DNA of 64,000 nucleotides from NCBI GenBank assembly GCA_963703955.1, contig CAVPGK010000011.1, positions 64,001 through 128,000 on the forward strand. The letters run 5' to 3'. Origin of the DNA: Nitrospirota bacterium. Lineage in GTDB: Bacteria > Nitrospirota > Nitrospiria > Nitrospirales > Nitrospiraceae. The notes beneath the pieces were generated by a model. The model made no database searches. It was given only the letters and a program-made list of their open reading frames with translations, and was not told where the DNA came from. Shown piece after piece: positions 52,601 through 61,774 of the stretch. Made by a program: the position numbers and the translations under genes. How positions within the stretch are numbered: position 1 is the first letter of the stretch; every line of letters starts with the position of its first letter.

Positions 52601-52780
52601 TTCTTCAGCCGACCACCCTGGGTATTGGGTAATGACTTCGACCATGGGTGGGGACGGGTCCGGGTACGCTTCCACGTTCAAAATGTGAAACGCGTACAGA
52701 CCGCCGAACAACAAAATTACGCCCAATGTGCAGACGAGGATCCGCTGCAGCAATGCAAATTCGACCAATCGGACGATCAC
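49700..52780 (-). CDS. czcA: CusA/CzcA heavy-metal RND permease
   Basis: EAYPD, NLISLGAIDFG, MRPVLMAT, QQPLARVVVGG. Confidence 0.93.
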   Translation of the reverse strand: MIVRLVEFALLQRILVCTLGVILLFGGLYAFHILNVEAYPDPSPPMVEVITQYPGWSAEEIERHITIPVEVTLTGMPGLTAIRSLSIFGLNDIKIYFDFGTRYFIDRQEVLNRLAMMTFPEQVQPTLSPWWALAEIYRYELVGDGQSLTDLKTIQDWQLKREFKRVPGVIDVTGFGGTTKQYHVDLNPGALLSYGVTLSQVLTAVGNSNANVGGNYLTVGAQNYNVRGVGLIDSLDDIETIMVAEKGGTPVFVRNLGRVSVGHQVRLGKVGIDDRDDVVEGVVLLQRGAQALPVLEQVKRKVEDLNTWKLPKGVQVKTVYDRTLLLRTTIETVTDILISGMVLVFVILFAFLGNLRAALIVAVTIPLSLLFTFSMMVMIGQSANLISLGAIDFGIIVDAALIMVESIFFHISHHLGAALTAPQHIVRAARQVGRPIFFSTAIIVVAFIPLFTMTGVPGKIFAPMSITYGFALLGALIIAFTLAPAMCAYLLKGPLAENDTAIVRVIRRVYMAVLHKALKRQTVVVGGALALLVVALVAMQFIGGEFMPALEEGNLWVRATMPVDISFEQASGLTTEVKDIFRRFPEVVNVVSQLGRPDDGTDPTSFFNAEFLVGLKPRKEWRPEVTTKDALIEDIEKLLVKIPGVTFNFSQVIQDNVEEAMSGVKGENSIKLFGPDLKVLEAKAREIETMMKQVVGVKDLGIFHLMGQPNLLIQVDRQACARYGLLVSDVNAVVQAAVGGQAVSRVFEGERSFDLVVRFLPEFRQDLQAIGNILVNTPDGARIPLKQLATITTQTGAFIIYRENNERYIPIKFSVRGRDLASTVEEAQARLAQEIKLPERYRIEWAGQYDQLKREQKRLTIIVPLSLLVILFLLYTTFSSLRDALLVLATVPFALIGGVLSLVITGTPFSISAAVGVISTLGVAILGGVLLISRIGEFRAAGMPLTEAIVKGADVQMRPVLMATLGAAIGLLPAAVATGIGSQAQQPLARVVVGGMLTAAVLILVVFPVLYQVVHRHGSYREGDKH

Positions 52781-53165
52781 CGCGTCACCTTCTCAGCCGT
52801 CACACGCTGACCGCCCCTTCCTCCGTGCAGGAGGGCATAGAGCACGGGGAGGACCACGAGAATCAGCACCGCCGACGTGACCATGCCGGCCACCACCACG
52901 CGGGCCAGCGGCTGCTGAGACTGAGATCCGATCCCGGTCGCTACCGCGGTCATGAGCACCAGGCACATGCGAGACTCCGCGCCTTTCGAGATCGCCGTTT
53001 CGAGATCAAGGCCTACCGCAACCAGGACTGTGCTTTCCAAATCACGACTCCTCACGCTGAATTTGATCGGGACAGAAAGAAGGCGTACAGGCCGCTGACA
53101 AGAAGGGTCAGAATGAATATGAGCACCTGTTGGATGAGGGCAAACTCGACCAGGCGGGCAATCAT
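52777..53165 (-). pseudogene. Internally deleted czcA paralog remnant
   Basis: MIARLVEFAL...GLYAF joined to VPIKFSVRSRDLESTV and C-terminal AVATGIGSQSQQPLARVVV, all matching parts of the adjacent CzcA. Confidence 0.88.
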
Positions 53166-53245
53166 CGTCTAGGATGCCGCAAACTATTTTCTGGTGTCAA
53201 AACATGGATGATGGAAAAAGGGACAACCAGGATACGGATACGAGA

Positions 53246-53544
53246 AGCCTGCTCAAAGAGGTGCGTCATCACGCCCGCCCACCCCAGGCGACACCTCACC
53301 CAACCCGCCCTACGCCTGCCAAGACAGGCTGTTTTCCCCCGGACGCGGGCCTTCCCGATTACACCCACTCACCCCAGGCGATAGTCACCCAACCCACGCG
53401 ACACCTGCCAAGATAGGCTGTTCTCCCACGGGCGTGTCCCTTCCCGAGCAAGGCTCTGGGAGTTTGGAAATCAAGCCGTGCAGTGTGCGTGCGTTGAGAC
53501 CTCCACACGACTGACAACCAAGCGGGGGCCTTTTTCAGCGGCCG
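53246..53544 (-). repeat. Expanded MITE-like element with two ~89-bp tandem internal modules
   Basis: Minus strand GCTGAAAAAGGCCCCC...GCCTTGCTCGGGAAG...GCCTGGGG...TTTGAGCAGGCT; modules about 53270-53358 and 53360-53447. Confidence 0.8.
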
Positions 53545-53549
53545 ATAGG

Positions 53550-54698
53550 TCACCCCTTCGCTTCCTTGGCCTTGAGCAAGATGGCGCCCTTGGTGACGAC
53601 CCGCTCTCCCGGTTTCAAGCCTTCCAGAATCCGCACGAGATCAGCCGAGGCGGTCCCGACTTTGACCTCATGTTTCACGTACCGATCTTCTCCTTCCACC
53701 ACATAGACGTATTCTTTTCCGTCGATCTCCAGGACTGCCTCCTTTGGAACAGCGATGAAGGAAGCTCCGTCACCGAGGTCAATGTTCAGCCTGGCAAACA
53801 TCTCCGGCTTCAATTTGTGCTCCTCATTATTGACCCAGGCGCGGACTTTGATGGTTCGAGTATTCGGATCCACGACATCACCGATAGCGGCAACCGCGCC
53901 GGGAAAGATAACCCCTGGGTAGGCCTCGACGGTGACGGTGGCCACCTGGCCTCCATGCACCAGACCGAGATCGCGCTCATAGACGTCCGCCACGACCTGT
54001 AACACATCCAAATCCGCCACGGTGAAGAGCACTTGTCCTGGGTCTCCTCCAACCGACTGCCCTGGCGTGACCGTTCGTTCGACGACCGTGCCGGTGAGGG
54101 GACTTCTCATTTCGAAGCGAGAGGTGATCTTCTGCTCGGCCAGCGGCTTTTCCAATTCAGCGGCCGGCACTCTGAGGGACAGCAGGCGCTCCTTGGCGCG
54201 ACGGAATTCGGCCTGCGCCTTGATGGCATCATTTTCCGCTTGCTTCAGATCCTTTTGAGACAGAGCCTTGCTTTCGTACAGATCCTTCGCCAGTTCGTAG
54301 GCTCGTGTGACATAGGTCAGTTCGGAATGTTCTTTCATGAATTCGGAATAGGCTTGCGCGATATCGGGGCTGTCCACCACCAAGAGAATTTCTCCGACCT
54401 TCACACGATCGCCCAATCTGGCCCGGACTTCCAGGACCCGCCCCTGCACTGGAGAGGACACCCTTGAATAGCGATCTTCACCGTAGGCGACTTTCCCGGC
54501 CAGACTCAGGACAGGCTTTCCCGGAGCCGCGGACACAGTGGCGGTTTCGATCCGGCTTGCGAGTTCTGTGGTCTGATTCGGCACCTGGCTGATCGCGGGC
54601 GTGGCGGCGTTCGAGGCGACCGGCTCTTCGGTCCGACCGCAGGCGGTCAGACTGGCGCAAGCGCCCACGATCAGCGCTGTTTTCAGCCACAGGTTCAC
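53550..54698 (-). CDS. RND periplasmic adaptor (CzcB-like lipoprotein)
   Basis: LTAC lipobox, SPVQGRV, TRTIKVR, LKPEMFA. Confidence 0.92.
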   Translation of the reverse strand: MNLWLKTALIVGACASLTACGRTEEPVASNAATPAISQVPNQTTELASRIETATVSAAPGKPVLSLAGKVAYGEDRYSRVSSPVQGRVLEVRARLGDRVKVGEILLVVDSPDIAQAYSEFMKEHSELTYVTRAYELAKDLYESKALSQKDLKQAENDAIKAQAEFRRAKERLLSLRVPAAELEKPLAEQKITSRFEMRSPLTGTVVERTVTPGQSVGGDPGQVLFTVADLDVLQVVADVYERDLGLVHGGQVATVTVEAYPGVIFPGAVAAIGDVVDPNTRTIKVRAWVNNEEHKLKPEMFARLNIDLGDGASFIAVPKEAVLEIDGKEYVYVVEGEDRYVKHEVKVGTASADLVRILEGLKPGERVVTKGAILLKAKEAKG

Positions 54699-56023
54699 GA
54701 TCCGATCTCCCGCCCAACCGCGCTTTCAAGGAGAAAGACGTTTCGCTGGTAATTGAAGAGCGTCTCGATGTAATTTTGTTGGATCGTCTTGGATGTTCGC
54801 GCCGCGTCCAGCAATTCGATGATGGTGGCGCCTCCACGCTCATACGCCTTTTCGACGATCGTCAGCGTCAACCGTGCATCCTCCAACACGCCAGCCCGAT
54901 AGGCTTCCACTAGGCGGCGGCTCTGAATGAGATTGCGGTACGCGATATCAACCTGGCTTTCCACCTCGATCAACGTTTTCTTGAGGTCGGCCTCCGCTAC
55001 CTTCATGGACACTTCCGCTTGCGCAATGCCTCCCTGATTACGATTGAAGAAGGGAAGCGGCACTCCCACGCTCAGCCCATACTGCTGGGGATTGTCCGGG
55101 CCTATCGCACCCTGGACCGCAAACCCGCCTCCCAGCGTCACATCGGGGTAGCGGTAGGCTTTGGCCAACTTCAGGTCGGCCAACCGTTGCGATTGGGTCA
55201 AACGTTTCACGCGAATGTCCGGTCTGGCCTCCAAGGCGACGGTCTGGAGGTGCTCCACATCCGGTTCCACTCGATGATAGTCCAGTTCCGTCGTGAGAAG
55301 AAGGTCGGTGGCCGGCGTCAGCCCCAACAGGACGCGAAGATCGTTCCGAGCCGTATCCGACTCTTGAATGGCCTGGATGACTTGCGATTGAAAATCGACG
55401 ACCTGCAGACGTATCCGGATGAGATCGACTTCGGCGATATAACCTTTCTTGAACCGAATCGAGTTCACCTCCAGAATCCTGGCGAATCGATCACGATTTT
55501 CTTCAGCAAGGGCTAATCGACGCTGTGCCAATTGAACGCGAAAGTAAGCGTCCTTGACGGTGACCCCCAACTGGCGGATGGCGTTCTCGAAATTTCCTTC
55601 CGACGATTGCGCGCCGAACGCAGCGCTCTCGATCCGATAGCCTCGCTTGCCCGCCATCTCAAAGAGTTGTTGCACGTTGGGGTAGATTTGCGCGCTGTTC
55701 GTTAGTGTGCGGCCTTGCGTAAACGATGCCACGGTGCCGAGGGAAAAGACGGGATTTGGAAACAGCCTCGCGGTAATTTGTTGTCCGCGAGCATAGTCGA
55801 TCCCGAATCCGGTCATGATCAAGTCGAGGTTCTGTCGGAGAAACAGCGCGAGGGCCTCGTTGAGGCTGAGACGGAGGATAGACGGCGCAGGAATCGCGGT
55901 CTTCGGCCCCTCGGGACCGGCCGCGAACGCTGTTCCAGAAGCAAGCCAGACCCACGCCGTCAGACTGGCGATCATCACACAGAATCGGTCTCGGGTTCGA
56001 GCGGCCATGGGGGTCAGCATCAT
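54695..56023 (-). CDS. TolC/CzcC-like outer membrane efflux protein
   Basis: PNP, PLPFFNRNQG, Y..G...IIELLDA. Confidence 0.9.
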   Translation of the reverse strand: MMLTPMAARTRDRFCVMIASLTAWVWLASGTAFAAGPEGPKTAIPAPSILRLSLNEALALFLRQNLDLIMTGFGIDYARGQQITARLFPNPVFSLGTVASFTQGRTLTNSAQIYPNVQQLFEMAGKRGYRIESAAFGAQSSEGNFENAIRQLGVTVKDAYFRVQLAQRRLALAEENRDRFARILEVNSIRFKKGYIAEVDLIRIRLQVVDFQSQVIQAIQESDTARNDLRVLLGLTPATDLLLTTELDYHRVEPDVEHLQTVALEARPDIRVKRLTQSQRLADLKLAKAYRYPDVTLGGGFAVQGAIGPDNPQQYGLSVGVPLPFFNRNQGGIAQAEVSMKVAEADLKKTLIEVESQVDIAYRNLIQSRRLVEAYRAGVLEDARLTLTIVEKAYERGGATIIELLDAARTSKTIQQNYIETLFNYQRNVFLLESAVGREIGS

Positions 56024-56125
56024 CTTATCATGATACCGATTGTATTGGCAGTATTTTAATCTACTGTTCGAGGGGTGAGGCCCGACGCATAGAGGATTCC
56101 GCGGGACCTGTTTCCGTGTCCCGCG

Positions 56126-57199
56126 CTAGTGAAGTTTGAGCTCGGTCCACGCCCGATCGTAGAGCCGGATAGCCTCCCCCACGTCACGCATCCATTCGAG
56201 TCTCTCAAACGCGGAATCCGGAGGATAGATCGCCGGATTGCTTTGGATTTGTGCCGAGAGCAGCTCCTTGGCCGCTCGGTTCGAGGAGGCGAAGAACAGA
56301 CGATTGGTCGTTCGCGCGGAGACCTCCCGATCCAGCAGATAGTTGATGAACCGCATGGCCAGATCCTTGTTCCGTGAAGATTTGAGCACAACGAGACAGT
56401 CGGACCAGATGGTGCCTCCTTCTTTAGGAATGACATATTTGATGGATGGCCGCTCGGCCGTCGCGCGTGCCACGGCACCTCCCCACCCATGGGCCAGCAT
56501 GACTTCTCCGGATACGAGAAGTTGGGTGTAGTTTTCACTGGTGTAGACCTTGACTAACGGCTTCTGATCGAACAACCTCCGTTTTGCCGCTTCGATCGTC
56601 GCCGGATCACTGGCGTTCAGCGACTCGCCGATCGCCCGCAGCGCGACCCCCATCACTTCCCGCTGATCGTTCAGCATGCTGATCTTCCCCTTATACCGAG
56701 GGTCCCAGAGGATCGCCCAACTGTCCGGCGGAGTCGGCAGCTTCTCGGAGTCATACCCGATTCCCACTGTGCCCCAGAGGTAGGGGACGGAATACCGGTT
56801 GTCGGGGTCAAACGGCAAGTGTTGAAGCTGCCCGATCACATAGGCCATGTTCGGAATCATCGTCAAATCCAGGTCCGCCAGAAGTCCTTGCCGTGCCATA
56901 ATCGAGACCATGAAATCGGATGGGGCTGCCACGTCGTACCCCGTGGCGCCACTTTGTAATTTGGCGAGCAATTCTTCGTTGCTGCCGAAGGTGTCTACCA
57001 CGACCTTGACACCCTGGACCTTTTCGAACTCGTCGATGACCTCCGGTCCGACATAGTCCGACCAGGTGAAGTAATACAGGAGCCTAGGCGTCTCGGCCTG
57101 GGGAGTCGGCTTGGGCCCATCTTCAGGTGCTTGCTGGCAGGCAAACAGGCTGATCGTCAGGCACAACGTGAGGAATGTCGGATGCGGTGATTGTGTCAT
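56126..57199 (-). CDS. potD: Polyamine ABC substrate-binding protein
   Basis: WSDYV, SNEELLAKL, PYLWGTVGIGY, PKEG. Confidence 0.9.
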   Translation of the reverse strand: MTQSPHPTFLTLCLTISLFACQQAPEDGPKPTPQAETPRLLYYFTWSDYVGPEVIDEFEKVQGVKVVVDTFGSNEELLAKLQSGATGYDVAAPSDFMVSIMARQGLLADLDLTMIPNMAYVIGQLQHLPFDPDNRYSVPYLWGTVGIGYDSEKLPTPPDSWAILWDPRYKGKISMLNDQREVMGVALRAIGESLNASDPATIEAAKRRLFDQKPLVKVYTSENYTQLLVSGEVMLAHGWGGAVARATAERPSIKYVIPKEGGTIWSDCLVVLKSSRNKDLAMRFINYLLDREVSARTTNRLFFASSNRAAKELLSAQIQSNPAIYPPDSAFERLEWMRDVGEAIRLYDRAWTELKLH

Positions 57200-57306
57200 G
57201 CGGCCAGTTTCGGAGGCGAATTTGGTGATTTGTTGATTTATTAATTTACGGTTTGCTTTAGGAGTCGGAAAATCAGCCGATCATCAGGTCAATAAATCAA
57301 CAATTT

Positions 57307-58083
57307 TCAGTTCACGTCCTTCCTTTGAAACATCATCGACAAACCGATGAGTCCCATTGAGACCAGGACCAACACGGCAGACAAGGCATTGATCACGGGA
57401 GATATGCCGGACTTGATCATCGAATAGACCTTCAACGGCAGCGTGGTGGAACCGGGTCCGCCAGTGAAGAATGTCACAATGAAATCATCGAGGGAGATCG
57501 CAAACGCCATCAAGATGCCTCCGATGATCGCTGGGCTCAAAAGAGGAAGAGTCACACGCCTGAACGCTTGCCAGGGGGTCGCCCCTAGATCGTACGCCGC
57601 CTCCTCGAGTCGAGGGTCCATCTTTCGGAGTCGCGCCCGGATGATCACCATGACGACCGGCAGGTTGAACGCGGCATGGCCGATCGTCACGGTTACTAGA
57701 CTCAGCGGCAGCTTGATGGTCACAAAAAACAGCATCAATGCGACGCCGAGCATGATTTCCGGCACCACGAGCGGCAGGACTAAGCCGACTTCAACCAGTT
57801 GCTGGCCGCGGACCGAAAGACGCTCGACGCCTACGGCCGCCGCGATGCCCAGCACGGTTGCAATCACCGTGGAAGCCATCGCCACGACCAGGCTGTTGTG
57901 CACCGCCGCCAGCAGCGACTGATCGGAACCCAATTCCCGATACCATTGCAGCGTAAACCCGGTCCAGGTCGCGGAGACACGCGAGGCGTTGAAGGAAAAC
58001 GCCACCAAGATTGCGATGGGGGCATAGAGAAACAAGAGGTTGGCCAGGCTGACACCGAGCAGCCACCCGCGCGGAGTCTTCAT
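57307..58083 (-). CDS. potC: Polyamine ABC permease
   Basis: FLYAPI..FSFN, EEAAYDLGA, SLDDF. Confidence 0.9.
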   Translation of the reverse strand: MKTPRGWLLGVSLANLLFLYAPIAILVAFSFNASRVSATWTGFTLQWYRELGSDQSLLAAVHNSLVVAMASTVIATVLGIAAAVGVERLSVRGQQLVEVGLVLPLVVPEIMLGVALMLFFVTIKLPLSLVTVTIGHAAFNLPVVMVIIRARLRKMDPRLEEAAYDLGATPWQAFRRVTLPLLSPAIIGGILMAFAISLDDFIVTFFTGGPGSTTLPLKVYSMIKSGISPVINALSAVLVLVSMGLIGLSMMFQRKDVN

Positions 58084-58973
58084 CGCCGTTGCTCGATGCC
58101 GAGGAGCGTCGCGCCTGATCGGATATAGCCCACCACCCCCGCGAGCACGAGTGCCATTAAAACGAACGATATGGCCGAGCCGAACGGCCAGTCCCTCACG
58201 ACCAAGTATTCATGCTGGATCAGATTGCCGACCATCATGGTCCTGGCTCCGCCCAATAGATCGGGCGTAAGGAAGGCCCCAACCGACGGAATGAACACGA
58301 GCAGACACCCGGCGATCACCCCCGGTTTGGTCAGGGGCAGAATCACGCGCCAGAAGACCGGCCATCCGGTCGCGTAAAGATCCCAGGCGGCCTCGACCAC
58401 AGACAGATCCAGCCGCGCAAGCGCGGCATACAGCGGCAGCGCCATAAACGGAAGATACCCATAGACGAGCCCGATCAGGATCGCAAAGTCCGAGTAGAGA
58501 ATCTCAATGGGAGATGAGATGAGCCCGAGTTGCGTCAGCGTCGTATTCAGCAAGCCTTCCGTACGAAGGATGAAGATCCACGCGTAGGTCCGAACGAGGA
58601 AATTGGTCCAGAACGGAATCATCACCAAGAGCAGCCACGCCCCCTGCCAACGAGTCGGACAGCGAGCGATGAAATAGGCCAAGGGAAATCCGAGCCCAAG
58701 ACAGAGTCCCGTAGTCCCGAGGGCCAGGAGAAAGGAGCGAAGATAGACCCACATGTAGAGTGGATGGAAAATTTCGGTGTAGTTCGACAGGCTGAAGGTC
58801 CACTGGACACCGCCATACGTGCCACGTGCGGCAAAGCTGATCACGAACACCAACAGCAGAGGAAGGAAAAAAAAGGCGAGCATCCACAGGATCGCCGGCA
58901 CGAGCGGCCACTGTGATGCGCGGAAGACCGAGGAATGATCTGATGCGGTCCAAGGCGATCCGTTTGAACTCAC
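58080..58973 (-). CDS. potB: Polyamine ABC permease
   Basis: IPFWTNFLVRTYAW, YLPFM, RDWPFGSA. Confidence 0.9.
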   Translation of the reverse strand: MSSNGSPWTASDHSSVFRASQWPLVPAILWMLAFFFLPLLLVFVISFAARGTYGGVQWTFSLSNYTEIFHPLYMWVYLRSFLLALGTTGLCLGLGFPLAYFIARCPTRWQGAWLLLVMIPFWTNFLVRTYAWIFILRTEGLLNTTLTQLGLISSPIEILYSDFAILIGLVYGYLPFMALPLYAALARLDLSVVEAAWDLYATGWPVFWRVILPLTKPGVIAGCLLVFIPSVGAFLTPDLLGGARTMMVGNLIQHEYLVVRDWPFGSAISFVLMALVLAGVVGYIRSGATLLGIEQRR

Positions 58974-60058
58974 TCGGGGAGGACCACTCCATCTAGGACA
59001 TGCCACTGGACACATACCGCCTCACCTGCCCGAAATCGCTTCTCGTCGGCTTTGGCGTTCGGCACATGGACCTTCCATTGCACGCGGTCGGAAACGCGAA
59101 CCCAATAGTGCATCTCACTGCCGTTGTAAATGGCCTTGTCGATTCGAGCCGGAACGGCGTTTTCGTACCCATTCGGCTTCCGCTCCCGCGACACGTGCAG
59201 TCGCTCCGGACGCAGCACCAGTGTCATCTGGGCGGTTTCTTGGACGCCGGCCGGGCGAGGCGCGTACACATCGGGAAGATCGGGCGCGGTGACGATACAC
59301 TGAGTCCCGTTGACGGCCGACACGCGGCCGGTCAGATAATTGGACACACCGATGAAATTTGCGACAAAGAGGGAAGTCGGAGATTCATAGATTTCCTGCG
59401 GAGAGCCTATCTGCAGGACACGCCCCTGGTTCAGGACGGCGACCCGATCCGACATCGCGAGCGCTTCTTCCTGGTTATGTGTCACATACACAAACGTCAG
59501 CCCCACGTGCTCCTGGATGGCTTTGAGTTCGACCTGCATGTCCAGACGCAGTTGTTGGTCGAGCGCGCCCAATGGCTCGTCGAGCAGCACAACGGCCGGA
59601 CGATTGACCAGGGCGCGAGCCAAGGCCACCCGTTGTTGCTCACCTCCCGATAACTGCTCCGGCAGCCGGTCCCGCTTATCCCCCAGCTTCACCATATCGA
59701 GCGCAGCCCGGACTCGTGTGGCGATCTCGGGTTTCGGAAGGTGACGCATTTCGAGGCCAAACGCGACGTTACCGCGCACAGTCAGGTGTGGAAACAAGGC
59801 GTAGTTCTGAAAGACCAGATTGACGGGCCGCCGATGGGGGGGAATGTGTTGCATTCCACGCCCTTCGATCAGAATCTCTCCCTGATCGGGGCGCTCAAAT
59901 CCGGCTAGCAGGCGGAGGATGGAGGTCTTTCCGGAACCGCTCGGGCCGAGGAGTGAGAAGAACTCCGCTTTCCGAACCGCGAAAGAACAGTGGTCTACCG
60001 CAAGCGTTGCGCCGTGATACTTGACGAGATCTCGTATTTCGACGCTGGAATCGATCAC
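58970..60058 (-). CDS. potA: Polyamine ABC ATPase
   Basis: GPSGSGKT, VFQNYALFPH, LSGGEQQR, LLDEPLGALD. Confidence 0.92.
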   Translation of the reverse strand: MIDSSVEIRDLVKYHGATLAVDHCSFAVRKAEFFSLLGPSGSGKTSILRLLAGFERPDQGEILIEGRGMQHIPPHRRPVNLVFQNYALFPHLTVRGNVAFGLEMRHLPKPEIATRVRAALDMVKLGDKRDRLPEQLSGGEQQRVALARALVNRPAVVLLDEPLGALDQQLRLDMQVELKAIQEHVGLTFVYVTHNQEEALAMSDRVAVLNQGRVLQIGSPQEIYESPTSLFVANFIGVSNYLTGRVSAVNGTQCIVTAPDLPDVYAPRPAGVQETAQMTLVLRPERLHVSRERKPNGYENAVPARIDKAIYNGSEMHYWVRVSDRVQWKVHVPNAKADEKRFRAGEAVCVQWHVLDGVVLPE

Positions 60059-60143
60059 GAATGGCTAATCGTGACACGTGAACGAGAAGGCGCCGGTCGT
60101 CACCCTCTCTCGGTCATTCGTGGATACGATGAACGGATATGGC

Positions 60144-60419
60144 TCACGACCCCGAGCCGAATGAATCGGTGCGGGTCCGCTTCCTGATGCGAAGCTTGGC
60201 TTGATGCTGACGCAGGAGCTCACGACGGAGGACTTCCCTGTCCTCCGCCACGATCTTCACCAGGCGATCTTCATCCTCAGCGTGATCCCGAACGAGTTCC
60301 GAAAGCTTCTGCACCTGCCGCTCGAGACGATCAAGCCGCCAGAGCAGGTTTTCGAATCCGACGAGCACTTGGCCGTTCTTCTGCACTCGAGCCGATTTCG
60401 TGAGCGGGCCCCTTGGCAT
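60144..60419 (-). CDS. Coiled-coil hypothetical protein
   Basis: AAGGAGG RBS before ATG 60419. Confidence 0.65.
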   Translation of the reverse strand: MPRGPLTKSARVQKNGQVLVGFENLLWRLDRLERQVQKLSELVRDHAEDEDRLVKIVAEDREVLRRELLRQHQAKLRIRKRTRTDSFGSGS

Positions 60420-60535
60420 CTGGTCCTCCTTGGCGACCGTAGGATGAACGGGATCGATTTCTGTGGCTAGTATCCTCATCATCGACTGCAGTGTCAACCT
60501 TTCTATTTGGTCCTTATCCTGCTAGAATCCACCCC

Positions 60536-61774
60536 ATGCAAAATATTATGACGATGGTTCTGGCTGGGGGAAAGGGTGAGCGCCTCAATCCGCTGACCCA
60601 GTATCGGGCCAAGCCGGCCGTCCCCTTCGGGGGGAAGTATCGCATCATCGATTTCACCCTCAGCAATTGTCTGAACTCCGGTCTAAGGAAGATCGCGGTC
60701 TTGATCCAATATAAATCGCATTCGCTGGACCGCCATATCCGCCTGGGTTGGAACATGTTGAACGGCGAGCTCGGCGAATACATCGCATCCATTCCTGCGC
60801 AGCAACGCCTCGGCGAAGATTGGTACAAGGGCACTGCGGACGCGGTCTATCAAAACCTGTTTCTTCTCGACAACGAGCAACCGAAATACCTCCTGGTCTT
60901 GGCGGGCGATCACATCTATAAGATGAACTATGCCGAGATGGTGGATTTTCTCATCGCGAAGAAAGCGGATGCGGTGGTCGGCGCCATCGAGTTTCCGCTG
61001 GCCGAGGCCAGTCGCTTCGGCGTCATCGGAGTGGATGAAGAGTGCCAGATATTGCGATTCGATGAGAAGCCCAAGAATCCCATGCCGGTGCCGAGCGATC
61101 CAACCCAAGCCTTCGTTTCGATGGGGATCTATCTATTCAAGACTGATGTCATTCGCGAGCGTCTGACCGAGGATGCCGCGCGGGAGACCAGTCACGACTT
61201 CGGGCGGAACATTATTCCGAGCATGATCCAGAGTCATCGGGTGTTCGCGTTCAAGTTTCAGGACGAGAACCGAAAATCCGTCAAATACTGGCGGGACATT
61301 GGGACACTGGACGCCTACTGGGAAGCCAACATGGACCTGGTGGCCGTCGATCCCCTGTTCAATCTGTATGACCAGGACTGGCCAGTCCGAACCTACCAGG
61401 GCCAGTTTCCTCCGGCCAAATTCGTCTTCGCCCAGGACTACCAGGGCGGCCGTATGGGAGTGGCCTTGGATTCGATTGTTTGCGGCGGATGCATTATTTC
61501 AGGTGGTCGGGTGCAGAACTCCGTTCTATCCCCGAACGTCGTCGTGCAGGATCATGCCGAGGTCAGAGAGTCGGTCGTCATGGAAAACGTCATCATCGGC
61601 GAATATGCTCAAATTAGGCGCGCCATCATCGATAAGGATGTCATGATTCCGCCGCATACGGAGATCGGATACGACATAGAAGCTGATCGCCGTCGCTTCA
61701 CGGTATCCGATTCGGGGTTGGTGACCATTTCCAAGGGGATGAAGGTACATGCCTCCCTCCATCCATCCGGTTGA
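60536..61774 (+). CDS. glgC: Glucose-1-phosphate adenylyltransferase
   Basis: LAGGKGERL, RAKPAVPFGG, GTADAV, GDHIYKM, YWRDIGT. Confidence 0.96.
   Translation: MQNIMTMVLAGGKGERLNPLTQYRAKPAVPFGGKYRIIDFTLSNCLNSGLRKIAVLIQYKSHSLDRHIRLGWNMLNGELGEYIASIPAQQRLGEDWYKGTADAVYQNLFLLDNEQPKYLLVLAGDHIYKMNYAEMVDFLIAKKADAVVGAIEFPLAEASRFGVIGVDEECQILRFDEKPKNPMPVPSDPTQAFVSMGIYLFKTDVIRERLTEDAARETSHDFGRNIIPSMIQSHRVFAFKFQDENRKSVKYWRDIGTLDAYWEANMDLVAVDPLFNLYDQDWPVRTYQGQFPPAKFVFAQDYQGGRMGVALDSIVCGGCIISGGRVQNSVLSPNVVVQDHAEVRESVVMENVIIGEYAQIRRAIIDKDVMIPPHTEIGYDIEADRRRFTVSDSGLVTISKGMKVHASLHPSG

Noticed and set aside
53270..53447. Tandem ~89-bp units as a CRISPR or ncRNA array
   Set aside because: Only two diverged units, no unique spacers, no cas genes; nested within a MITE-like element
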